A stretch of 64,000 nucleotides of DNA, from positions 62,001 through 126,000 of the forward strand of contig JAHLWZ010000455.1 in assembly GCA_020536535.1 (NCBI GenBank), read 5' to 3'. How positions within the stretch are numbered: position 1 is the first letter of the stretch; the number at the start of each line of letters is the position of its first letter. Under the pieces are notes generated by a model. That model did not search any database, had not been told where the DNA came from, and saw nothing but the letters and a program-made list of their open reading frames with translations. The translations under genes were made by a program, and so were the position numbers. This stretch comes from Pelomyxa schiedti. Taxonomy: Eukaryota; Protista; Evosea. Positions 47,781 through 59,416 of the stretch are shown one piece after another.

Positions 47781-48877
47781 ATGGCTGATTTGGAACAGCA
47801 ACAACGTTTGGCTCTTGAATCTGAGGGCTAGTGCGTTTGCAATTTTCTTTTTTTTTTCCCCCATGTGTTGCAGGGGTAGTGTTTCTTATTCCTTCTATTA
47901 CCATGACAGTGACATGGAGATGAAAATTCTTCTTGTTGGAGATGCTGGAGTTGGGAAAACGTCACTACTCACTCGATTCGTGGTATTTTGGCCGCTTTTG
48001 TTTTCCTTTTTGTGTTTTGACTCCTCTTTTCTTTTGTAGAGTGACACGTTTTATGATGACACTCTGGGGGATGAATTTAGCTTCGATTTTGTATTTCCCC
48101 TTCTTTTAGAGTGACCAGTATCATTGGTGACACCTCAACTCAGAAAATGAAACCAATTGATTATCGGGGGAAAAAAATCAAGCTATACATTGTGAGCATG
48201 TTATCTTATTTTTCATTTACGCTTATCTGACTCTCTTTTAAGTGGGATACAGCCGGCCAAGAAAGGTAACCTCAAAAAATTCAGTGATGTACGAAGTAAC
48301 TTACAAACCTTTCAGGTTTCGAACTATCACCAGTTCATGTACATTCCTAGTTATTGCCGAACCTGTTATTTACTTGTACAGATTATAGAGGAGTTCACGG
48401 TGTTTTTATTGTTTATGCTGTTGATGATCTGGTATTAAAAAAAAACCCCCACAACAGATTGACTTCTAATATTGCACACAGCCATCATTCAACCACGTAC
48501 AACAGTGGATACAAGAGGTTCATCGCTATGCCCAGAATCCAACTTTACAACGGGTCCTTGTTGGTAACAAAACTGATAGCACCAGGACCCTTGATGAAGA
48601 GCGAGGAAAGGTAAAGGTTCATTGGAAGCAGACCGTTCACTAACCTTAAGTTAGGCTTTTGCACAAGCCAATTCTATGCCTTTCTTTGAAACCAGTGCCA
48701 AAACAAACACCAAAGTAACTGAGGTAAAATCACTTGTTCTATCCTTTCTACTAATCGTCGCTTTAGGCATTCCAATCGCTTGTTGAAGCAATAGCAACTG
48801 CAGGCAGTGGTGTTGATCCCAGTACTGACGTAGGCCCAAAGCCGGGATCCAAGAAGGGCTGCTGTATTTTACTCTAA
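47781..48877 (+). CDS. Rab-family GTPase (Rab1-like core, divergent switch I); many micro-exons
   Basis: KILLVGDAGVGKTSLL, WDTAGQERFRTITSSYYRG, VGNKTD, FFETSAK; ends KKGCCILL. Confidence 0.9.
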
Positions 48878-49045
48878 GTAATTTGTAGAGAAACACATGA
48901 AGGGAGCACCTACTACCACTGTAAATTTGTTTTCACAAGACAATAGCTATTATTTACCACTTTCCTGAAAGTAGAAACGAAGAAAAGGAACACTTCTTTT
49001 TCTTGCTTTGAGTGTGGTGTAATAACTTGCTTTATTTTTTTTCTT

Positions 49046-52000
49046 TCAAGTGCGCCAGGCAAAGTCAGTCCCACAGAGCGGGCAAGCTGTTTTGTGACTT
49101 GTTGTGAACCACTTGTACATACAGGCATGATGGAACTTGTTATGGCAGGTTCTGCAGTCCAGGTTCGGAACAGCACCATTGGGTGCGAACAGAGAGTAGC
49201 AAATAGGGCACGCCTCGACGCCGGTGAAGTGCCTGTCCAGCTGCGACCTCCACAGCATGCACGCGTCAAGAAGAGAGGCGTCCTGGGTGACCAGCATCGC
49301 GCTCATCGAGAGCTGCCACTTGCGCCACGTGGCCTCGCTCACTCCGTTGCGGGCGCTTGTGTTGGCCACGTCCACGGTCCGGAGTGGGTAGATGTCCGGC
49401 ATGGTGAATGTGACTTCAAGCTTAAGTTCATCTTTTTCGTAGATGGCTACAACCTAGGGGTGGGTTTTTAGTTGGGTGGTTTTGTTTTTTGGTTTTTGGA
49501 AGTGACTGTATTGTTTGGGGGGGGGGGGAGTGAAGAAGATAAGGTACCTGTTTTGTGGTTATATCACCGTGAACGTGGAAGTCCTCTCGGTCAGGCTTGT
49601 AGGCTGCTACGGTGTCCATCTCCCGTTGTACAATCAGCGGTGTTACTAGTTTGGTGTACTCGTTGACCAAGTGAAAGATGTGCCTTTTTTGTGTGGTTGC
49701 CCATTGGCGTGCGACGTAGGGCAGGTGATGCAGAGACTGAAGATAAAGGAATGCACTCAACAGAGAGCAATCTGGAAGTTCTTCCAGGTCTGGGACAATG
49801 GGTGATTCCTGCAAGAAAGTCAGGGTTCCTCATGTTGATCGATATGACTTACCAAAGGTGGAAAAATCTTTTTCTCCATAACTTGAGAAACAACAAGGTC
49901 TAAGAGACTGCAAAGGACATTGGTGCGTCTTATCCAACCAACTAAGGGTATTTTGCTGTCTGTGGAGGGGGCTGATGAAAGAACATGCATTATCACAGCC
50001 CACAAAGATAAAAAGGGAAATGAATTGGCCTCTGTTTCCAAGGTCGTATTTCCGTTGTGTTTGAGAGAACGACTAGATTCAAGAACCGGTGTCCAGGTTG
50101 TCAGGGCTTCAACAAAGGAGGAAGGCAACCAATTTGGGGGTGGAGCGGAATCCGCATCTATTAGAGACTTACGGAACTCGTCCTCTGAGAGATGTGGATG
50201 CTTAGCGTGGTCAGGTGTCTGTGGTGAAACTTTGGAAGGGGAATTTGGAGTGGTAGTTGGTGGACGCTGATTTGTTTTGGAAACTTTCTGGATCTTGCCT
50301 CGCAGTAAGGCAGCTAAGCTAAAGAAGGCTAGAAGCTGAAGCTTGGGAGGGCCATTGTGTATTACATTCATAAGACTCTCACAGTTGGCTTCAACTGAGT
50401 CTTGTATTGTTTGTTCATGGAGCTGGGATTGAACTAAAAGTATTGCAGAACGCACTGCCTCAGAGTGACCAGGAGAAAAAACTGCACACCATTTGGAAGC
50501 ACACTGGAGAAGGGAAACGAACACGTCTGGAAGGGTAACACTGACACAGGTCTTGTACTTAGAAAGAAGTGATTGTAAAACCTGGCAGGCCTGGTATGAG
50601 GGCAGCTTAGATATTGTGAGGGACTGAGATGAGTCGTCATCAGGGCCAATAGAGAGACCTGCAATACACAAACGGGCCAGTGCAACACAAAACCCAGGAA
50701 GTAAACTTGGTGTGGGTACTGCTATGATACAGTTGGCGAGACGAAGTATTGCAAATAATGCAACTGGGTTTGCAGAGAGTAAAGTAAGAGGCAATTTCTC
50801 CAAGAATTGGCAAGACACCGAAAAGAATTGGGGGTCTTCAAATGTGTTACATAACTTGTTCAGGCAAATAATTGACTCCACAGATCGCCGTAAGGTGTCA
50901 AGCCTGGCAGCTGAAATAGGTGGAGCAGTTGCTGCAGTACCTGTGGAGGAGCCCGCACCTGCTAATTCAGAGAACAGTAAGGTACCTAGTGAAGACAGTA
51001 CTGCAGGAATCTTTTCCGTGGAAGGAATTTTTGCCTGGTGGCAAATTGCTTGTAAGGTGGAAAGTGCCGGGTCCGAGTATTGCAGAAGCTGAGGTATGTT
51101 TCCAAGTAGGATATTTGTTTTCAATAAATCCCATGCTGTCAGTGCATCTTCTGCTGTTAGAAGCGAATCTAGTACCATGGCGTAACTTGCCCCTGTTTCT
51201 TGAGACAGTAGCAAAGCACTGCGAACCAGTACAGGAAGCCTGCCACTTTCTCTCATCAAACGAATGCCTTTAGAACACGCTTCATCAAGTTCACTTTTAA
51301 GCCAAGCAAAGTTTCCACATGATGTTTCAGTCCAATAGTCAGTTTGAAGACTAGTAATATGGAGCGAAGCCACCAACAAATGGATGAGAACCCACTCTCT
51401 TCCATTACTTACGACTGTTTCAATCCCGAAGGCGGTGAACAGGCTCAGAACTAGCCTACAACAACTGATATAATCATGCAGTGCAGCAGAGTTGAGAAGT
51501 GGAGGCTGAGTAAGAATAGGGGGAGTTACATGAGAACTTGTGTAGCCCACACGCTGTGTGTACGTTGTGACGATTAGTTTTGAAGCTCTGTCGAGCTGAA
51601 GTACCGCCAAAGCTTTTTCAATCAGTGGTGTCTTTGGGGCAGACTGTGTGGAAACGAAGTTGGCCAGTACTTGCAATACATCCGAAATAGATGTGGTGAG
51701 TTTTGTGTGCGTTGTAATTGAGGGATGCTTGCGAAGTGTTTCGATGACACATGTCTGCAATGTGTCAATATCAAAATTCTGGTGAAGGGCAGCCTTGGGG
51801 AGAATTGATTTCCAACATCCCAAAGCTTTGTTTCTGAAATCCCCTCCAATAAACCATATGTATGACACTAGCATAGCGCAAAGCTGAGTGAAAGGAATTT
51901 TGCTTATTGCAACCGCCGTTACTACTTCTGTAAGGTGGGACAATTGATCGAATATAGTCTCAGAGAGTTCTTCTCTGGCCGCTTCAGTCAGCGTGGCGCA

Positions 52001-54599
52001 CAGTACATTGCTTAAGGTGGATAGTGTACTATCATCGAGAACTGTTGCAAATTCTTGTTGTAAGCTGTCTTTGAATTCCCCCAGCAGAACTAACAAGAAA
52101 TTTGAATTAACATGGAATTGGTCATCATCAACATCCAGTAACCCTCCGGCGCATTCCAGGGCCTTTGAGTCAAGCAAACTACAAGTGCACTTCATGCCAC
52201 CGGACTTTAGAATGCTGCTTATAATTGATGTTGTAAGTGCTAGAGGTATGTCAGGGACCAATATGGCTTTGACTAGGGAACCGAAAACACTTGCGTGCCT
52301 CTCAGTGCCAAGTTCTTCAGCTTTTTGCAGAAGGCAAGTAGCTGTGGAGCAAAGGTAGGAAACGGAGCTGGAACCATATTTTATCAGAGAACGGGGAAGT
52401 AAGTCCATTATCTCCATTTCAAAGTCCAGAGGGCTTCGCCCACACATTCCAATGAGAGCCAATAAAAGCTTAAGGTGTTGTAAAGACAGGTGCTCAATGG
52501 CAAATGCCATTGAGAGGGGTATAAGTTCCGCGCAGAACTGTTGCACCACTGGTAACCTAGTGGTTGAAAAGTGGTTCTTCCATTTTTGCAGGAAATGTGC
52601 AAGCCTGTCAGACACAACATTTGGTGTTGTGCGTAGAATAGGCTGTGCTGCTGGAGTTGTTGAGGAAGCACCTTCACCTTCCACAGCTGGTTGTTGCTCA
52701 GTAGGAGGCTTAGGTGGAGGAAGAAATGTATCTCTTACTAAAGCTTCACGCATCACACCCAGCCAGTGGACCCAGAGTTCTTCCAGATTAAGCTTCGAGT
52801 CAACTTTCTTAACCAACTCAGAAATGCTGCCAATTGAAGTAACAAGATCAATAGTTGAGACTTCAAAAAGAACAAGAGATTCCACTGCCACTGAAAGCGT
52901 GTCAATAACCACCTTGACACTTGCTGCTTGGCTGGTGTTGATGTTTGTAGTAACGTAGGAAACGCATTCACTGAAAGCTGCTATACCAGCAGTAGATGTT
53001 GGGCCAGGGTTCTTAAGTTCACGCAACAGGCCACACCACAGAGATGGGAAGAATTCTCCATAGAATCGGCAAAACATGTCCTCATCAGTGAAAGTCACAA
53101 CAGTAGGCGGTAACAAAAGCAGGAAAGGTAAAAGCGTAGGATATGAAGATGATCCAGAACCATAGGTTGATGCCCTAAGAAAGGCCCAGAGTCTTGGCAG
53201 CACAACTTTTCTGAAGTTCACCTGCTCCCAGGAGGTAGGGAAGTACTTCATCCACATAAGTAAACACTCCCACATGGCATTATGCAAAGACCACTCTTTT
53301 TCATTGAAACAGCCAAGCACCAACCCTGCCACAACTGGGACATGTGGTTCCACAAGTTCTTTCATCCCAGCAGAAAGCATACTTGTAACAAAGGAGTACA
53401 TGCTGCGCCGAATGGGTACACTCTTTGAGCCTAGCATTTTCCAAAATGGCTCATCTGCAATCTGCAAGTATTCTGCCAGAAGAGTTCTGTTGTTGTCACT
53501 GCCAATCTGTGATATCACAGACGAAAAACACCCAATTGCACCGCTTACGACTCTGTCATAGCGATCTTGTATGACACTTGGCTCTTCTTTTCGAGAATGG
53601 TCGGCCAGTGTCTGTGGGGTATGTCGAATATTATCGCGTATATGTATGAGGAGCTCTTCCTTACAAAACATCAGTGCTTTGCTGCGGTTTGCTTCAGGGA
53701 TTTCCTGGGCACTAATAAAAAAAAAATTGATCTAAATCAAGAGGACAACAGAAGTACCTTCCAAGCTTGCATTGCAGCTGATGCGACCTCTCTAGCACAA
53801 TAAGAAAAAAGAAAAGTCATTAAGGAGGAAAGAAAACCTTCGAAGGTCATGTGAGCTGCAGAGCCAAGGTCCAATCAGATCTTTGAAGTATTTGAGGAGA
53901 CACTTCTTGACAACTGGGTGCGTGACTAACACGGTCAAAGTGTGGTTGCTCTTTTCCCTCACTTGGGCATCACCGTCTGCAATAACAAAAGAACCAAGAG
54001 GGGAGGGAAAGTTGGGTATACATGGTGAAAGACTGTTTAATGCACCAATTAAACAACATTTACGAAACTGATAGGGAAGGAGAGAAACCTGTGCTTAGCC
54101 GAGGGTAAGCCAGACACCAGCAAGAAAGCACACCGTCGACCGTCGTGGCGTCCAGCGCCGCCACCAATGCACCGAATTCATCCAGTGCCTTCATCTTTGT
54201 AATACTTTTATGTAGTGTACTGGTAAGAACAAGGGAAAAGGACCACGAGCTTCTTCAAGGGGGAGAGAGAGCATAAGAAGAAAAAAATACCTGCTGGACT
54301 TGAACATCTTCTTTATCACAAGTTGCATCTCTGGGGGCAAATTCGAAGTTGGGTCCGAAAGAGAGGACAGGCCAGTCAGTCCCGTAAAACCAGTGAATCC
54401 TGGCGAAAATTAAAAAAACCGTGCTAGTGCCCTGGCAGGGAAACACCGAATTTAGAGGGAAAAACCTACCCGAGGAAGCGTAGGAGGTCGTTGTGGACCA
54501 CGCGTGGTGGCCGCCGGAAGAAGACGACCCGCCGGTGGTCAACAACGACGCAGCTTGCTTGGAGCTGGCCGGCTTTGTCTTGGCGCGATCTTTGCCCAT
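49046..54599 (-). CDS. LTN1: E3 ubiquitin ligase Listerin (ribosome quality control); multi-exon
   Basis: N-terminal PASSKQAASLL and KMKALDEF; long HEAT-like body; RWD (IYPLRTVDV...WRKWQL) and C-terminal RING VEACPICYS...CRTCHNKFHHACMYKWF...CPLC. Confidence 0.93.
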
Positions 54600-54980
54600 G
54601 CTCACGGCGCACCTACTACGAGGTTTAATTAATTTGTCTGTTTCCGAGCAAGGAAAATCGAGCGAAACAATTGCGGCTTACCCTGGTGCTCCAGATTCGG
54701 TTCTTCCCCCAGATTCTTTGGTATTATCCAAGGACAATGTCTTGGTGGTGTCCAGTTTCCAATCCTTTGTGGGGTCCTTTTTCTTCTTTGAAAAAAACAG
54801 TTTGTTCTAATTTTTCCTCTAGCAGTGAGAGTTCTATCAATGGAGTTTGGTACCCACTCCCTCAGTGTACCGTATGAAACCAAACAGGGCCGGCTCGCCC
54901 CTGAGTCACCGAGGTACCAGCATCCCGGAGATCAAATCCCAGAAGCCCGATTTTGACTGATAGATCAATTCGTTTTTAAC

Positions 54981-57191
54981 ATGGACTCAACGAATCGGTA
55001 CGGGTACGAGGAGCCGAGTAAGGAGAAACAGCACAAACACCACAGGCATAAGCAGGAAGAAGCCGGGAGAAGTGACAGCAGTGGCAGCGTGACCAGCGGG
55101 ACGAGTGACGTCACGGGTGCGGCCAGCGGGGGTGATTGCACACAGATCTCCCCTTCATTTCCTACGTCACCACCACCTACACCTACACCTACACCTACAC
55201 CTACACCTACACCTACATCTACATCTACATCTACATCTACCTCGACGGTTCCATCCACCGCTGCGTCTGCATCGGCATCGGCAACGGCATCGGCGTCCCT
55301 TGTTTCCTCTGCATCTTGTGTCCAGTTGGCACCTTCCTCCATGTTACTTGATGATGTAATTCCTGGAGAAAGATTAGGCGGTATTTTTCTTTTCTTTTTC
55401 TTCTTCTTTTTCTTTTTCCTTTTCCTTTGTACTAACTACTGGACAAGAGGGTGCCTTTGGAATGGTCTTCCAAGGTTTGTTACTCTAAAAAAGCTTCCTA
55501 CTTTTCTCTGAAGCCTTTTTTTTTTTATTATTGTATTTCAAATCCAGGAATTTGGGCTGATAGTACTTCAGTGGCCATGAAGCTTATAGCTGGAGAAGAC
55601 GCAAATACCGAAGCTGAGGCAACAGTCCTCAGCCAGTTGCATCACCCAAACATTGTCCAAGTATCACAGCTTACACAGTTTCTTTAGAATTCTTAATTTC
55701 TATCTAAGTTTTTTGGTCTTAGTCGGTATCAAAGTAAATTGTACATAGTCACAGAGCTTGCAGAAGGCTCACTGCTAGATTTACTGAGGTATGATGACTC
55801 AATCCCATTCAAGACATTACTTGACATGATATTGCAGGTATGGATATTTTAGTTTTATTTCCATCTTACTGAGTTTTAGGCTCTGTCAGGAATGATTTAT
55901 TTAGCCAATAAAAATATTATACATCGAGACCTTGCTTGCAGGTGGTTTGCATCTTTCCCTACATTTTTATCTCTTGACCTTGGTAGAAATCTACTTTATC
56001 AGCGAGAGCACCAAAAGATACGAATAAAGGTTATTGTACTGGTAAGTTGACAACTTCCAATTAACATTTTTCTATTCAGATCTCTGACTTTGGTCTTAGT
56101 CGGTTCTCAGACTGTATTTTGAATCACTTATCAAATTAAATCTCATTTAAAACGCATCAAGCACTGTACACCTCCAGAACAGGAGAATTGCCAATAAGGT
56201 ATGCCTTCATCTATTAGTTCTCTGCCTTCATCTTCCTTTTTTTTCTTAGATGGTCTGCACTTGGTAAGACAAAGGAGGGATTTTGGCTCTGACACTCACT
56301 TTACACAGAGGCGCTTCTCTACCACCAGTTCAGCACGAAGAGTGATGTCTGGAGCATGGGTACTCCGCCTCTTCCTGTTTTCAGCCTATTTAAAACCCTA
56401 TCTTTCAACCAGGGATTACAATGTGGGAGGTTACATTTGAATGGTGATCAGTGATTTGTTTATAGTTATTAGATACTATCACGAGGAATAGTACCATACA
56501 CTGAGTTGTCCAACAAAGAAGTCATAGAATACTTAAAAAAGGGAGGGCGCCTGTCTCCCCCCACAGATGACACGCCACCTGAAGTTTTCCAGTTAATGAG
56601 TGACAGTTGGGATAAAAATCCAAACAACAGGCCATCCTTCTCCATAATGCATAGCAAAATGAAAGAGTACATTTCAAACCATGCAGACACACCCAATAAC
56701 ACCCAACCAATTCCACTGCCACCAAAAAGCACATCAAATTCCTCTAACAGTAAAGACTCACCAAATACATCTGCTTCTCCTACCTCAGTTCCATTGCCAT
56801 CTCTTTCCCCTGTAACAACGTCTGCAACCATAATTCCTTCATTTAGTCCTACACCAACAGCTTACAGTACTGGACTACAAACTTCACAAGAACGCACCCC
56901 AAACAGCGCAGTGTTATCCAACAAAGGGTGTGGGATACAGTTAACACCCGACTCCCAATGTGGAGAAGCAAATAAATACTGTTGGTCTTGCAAGTATTGT
57001 CCAGTTAGTAAATATTCAACTGAATTTGCCATAGAATCCGCTCTCTAAGGAATGAATACGACTGCTCAGTGAAGTCCTTCCCACTTAAGTCGAAATTATT
57101 TGATGATGCCTTTGCGAATTTTATCCACAAGTTACCTAAAAGCAACCGAGTACAAACAACAAACAATAATAAGCAAACAAAGATGGATTAA
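54981..57191 (+). CDS. Cytoplasmic tyrosine kinase; multi-exon, 3' end uncertain
   Basis: GEGAFG, VAMK, HPNIVQ, HRDLACRN, DFGLSR, LPIRWSALE, SDVWSMG, RPSF; no signal peptide or TM segment. Confidence 0.88.
55175..55241 (+). repeat. Coding hexamer microsatellite (CCTACA)n switching to (TCTACA)n
   Basis: Encodes PTPTPT...STSTST in the kinase N-terminus. Confidence 0.85.
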
Positions 57192-57338
57192 TACTTCATT
57201 AGAATGAAATGTGCCTTCCAAGTTGTTGACCCACCTGCGTCATCTGCATGGTTACACATAACCGAGCCACTTGCAACTGGTATGTTGCACTCTGGTGGAG
57301 AATGGCAATTGGTGGTTGGCTGCTGTGCTTTACTGGCT

Positions 57339-58298
57339 ATGGTTGAAGGCTACTTTTCTTTCCCTCCACAAGTTGGAGGCTCATCTGAAAGTAGAGTCAA
57401 AGTGTGGATATTCTTGTTTCCTGCATTTGCCTCTTTATTAATGTGCGCTTAGTTGCTCAGTATCACTGATGATATAATAGACAGATTACTCTCATATTGC
57501 TTGAGCACTGAGTATTCACAAATTCTACCAAGTTGTTTTTCGATGTCACCCTAATTCTAATGACATGTAGTTATACGACAATTTTTTGTGGTAAGCAAAG
57601 AAAAGGGAATGCTATCTCGAAGACAACTTGCAGTTGTGAGAGCCAAACTCTTATTTGAGTCCTCAAAATACTCCGGGGATTCCCTTGTCAATAATGTCTG
57701 GTTCAGGGGTTGAACTGTTACTGTTTCCTCACACTTACCATTAGGTTCCTTGGCGAAAACTACTACTGAAGGGACTTCCCACACATCTTGTCGTGGGGAA
57801 TGAATATAAATATGTAGGCGTGTGTAATATTCCATATAAAATGGTACCTACCCTTCGCACACCCGTCTTTATTGATGTTTTCCGGAAGGAGATACACAAT
57901 TGGACAGTATACGTTCGGTGTTTGGAGGGAAATATATCCGATCTAATTGAATATGTAGTATTTTTCTTGCATCCCACTTTTATGCCAAAGAGAGTCACAA
58001 TAGAGCAGGTGTGCCAAAATAAAGGGAATCTCACTGGTGTCGTAAATATGAATACTAAGTAATCTTTAGGCACCATTCCAACTCGCCCGAAGGGGATGGG
58101 GGACATTTACTGTCAAAATGGAAATCCACTTCATTCCCGAACTTTGTCAGACACCCCTCAAGTGAGTAAACTTCTCCAGATATATTAACTCACACCAAAC
58201 TAACCAAGAAACTCAACAGACTACAACACACACTCGTTTTTGAGGAAGGCGGTGCGTCATCTACCCATGTATGGTTCAAAGAAAAATTTAGATACTAG
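57339..58298 (+). CDS. YEATS-domain protein with possible N-terminal F-box-like motif; multi-exon, ends approximate
   Basis: YEATS: LVVGNEY...HNWTVYVR...IEYVVFFLHPTF...APFQLARRGWGTFTVKMEIHF...HTLVF; upstream exon LLSITDDIIDRLLSYCL. Confidence 0.75.
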
Positions 58299-58370
58299 AA
58301 ACCAAGAGATTCACGAAAAGGCACAACAATCATGCAACGCAGAAAACAAATTGGGAAGACAAGGAGAAGC

Positions 58371-58907
58371 GAACACCCATAAGTACCGGTGAGGATAATT
58401 TTTAGAGACGAAAAGAATGTTACTCGGGGCAAACAAATGGTGGGAAGCGAAAGAGGTGTGCTACTTCGTAATTAACTCGACAAGCTTCGTCGTATTGCTG
58501 TGAACGTTGACACCCCAACAACAACAACAGAATAATTTACCTGAAATAAATTGATTTTCAAATCCTTCGAATTTTGGCCTCGAACAACTTGACTTCCATC
58601 GAATTTTCCGAGGCCTTGATTTTCCTCCAGGGGGCTCATCTCAAGCCGGTGCCTCTGAAATTCTCTGCCAATTCTGTCCTCTGCGGCAAATTTGTGGGTT
58701 CGATTCCCCTCCCCCGTGGGATCTCCCCCCCCCCGTTCGTGCTCTCTGTGCCCGAGATTTCTTGGGACAGGGAGCTGGGTGGGTGGGGGTGGTCTCTTGG
58801 CGGGGGTGGGGTGGTCGGATCTGTGCCCCACGACAATTGGAAGAGGTTGCGGGGGTGCTGGTGGGTCTCCTTGGGGTTGCACATCTCACAATCTTCTCAT
58901 CTTTTTT
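58371..58907 (+). repeat. ~540 bp dispersed repeat with Pol III B-box and tRNA-like core, copy B
   Basis: Inverted relative to 45292-45831; GGTTCGATTCC at 58697-58707; ends in CTTTTTT. Confidence 0.85.
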
Positions 58908-59416
58908 CTTTCTGATCGAGTCCTGGTTTTGTGTGTAAAAATGTAAAGCTTCCTAGACTCCATGTTGTTCCCAAGTCACTTCAAAATGAGGGTAGATGTT
59001 CCTTTGAAAAAATGGTGATGCAGGTCAGACAAGGAAAAGAGGTATTTCTCACGAAGTTCAACAATAGGTGCCTCAACTGTGGTACTGGTGACTACAGGTT
59101 GTCCACATGCCAGAGTTACAGGCATACACCTGACCCATACTGGAAACTGCAACTTCCAAAATTTTATGAGCCTAGTTGCCGGGAGCAGATTAGCGTCGTT
59201 TTTGACATCATGCTTTCTGACTTTTGTAATTTGTGGAGTGTTTGTTGAATTTGGGATTCTGGTGTGGTGCATGTGCCACTTTGGACCCATCAGGCCCCTG
59301 GCTTCCTTGGCGTGTTACTTGATTCTCTCACACGTGGCTGAGTCACGCTTGCACGGTGCATCCAAACAGTTTTGGTTTGTCTTCCACGAAATATCCTTTT
59401 GATTGCTTGCTGTTCT

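Noticed and set aside
54830-54965. Possible structured ncRNA (TCTATCA...TGATAGA closing stem with CTGA)
   Set aside because: No box C, SRP or RNase P/MRP motif found; a 7-bp complement is expected by chance.
58627-58719. Functional tRNA or U1 snRNA gene
   Set aside because: No anticodon stem-loop and an imperfect T-stem; the U1-70K (GAUCACGAAG) and U1A (AUUGCAC) loops are absent. Kept only as a tRNA-like repeat core.
45292-58907. Giant composite transposon or DIRS-like element bounded by the 540 bp inverted repeats
   Set aside because: The interior holds intron-rich cellular genes (Listerin, Rab, FAH, kinase) with no transposase, RT or recombinase, and no TSD is visible; two independent insertions are simpler.
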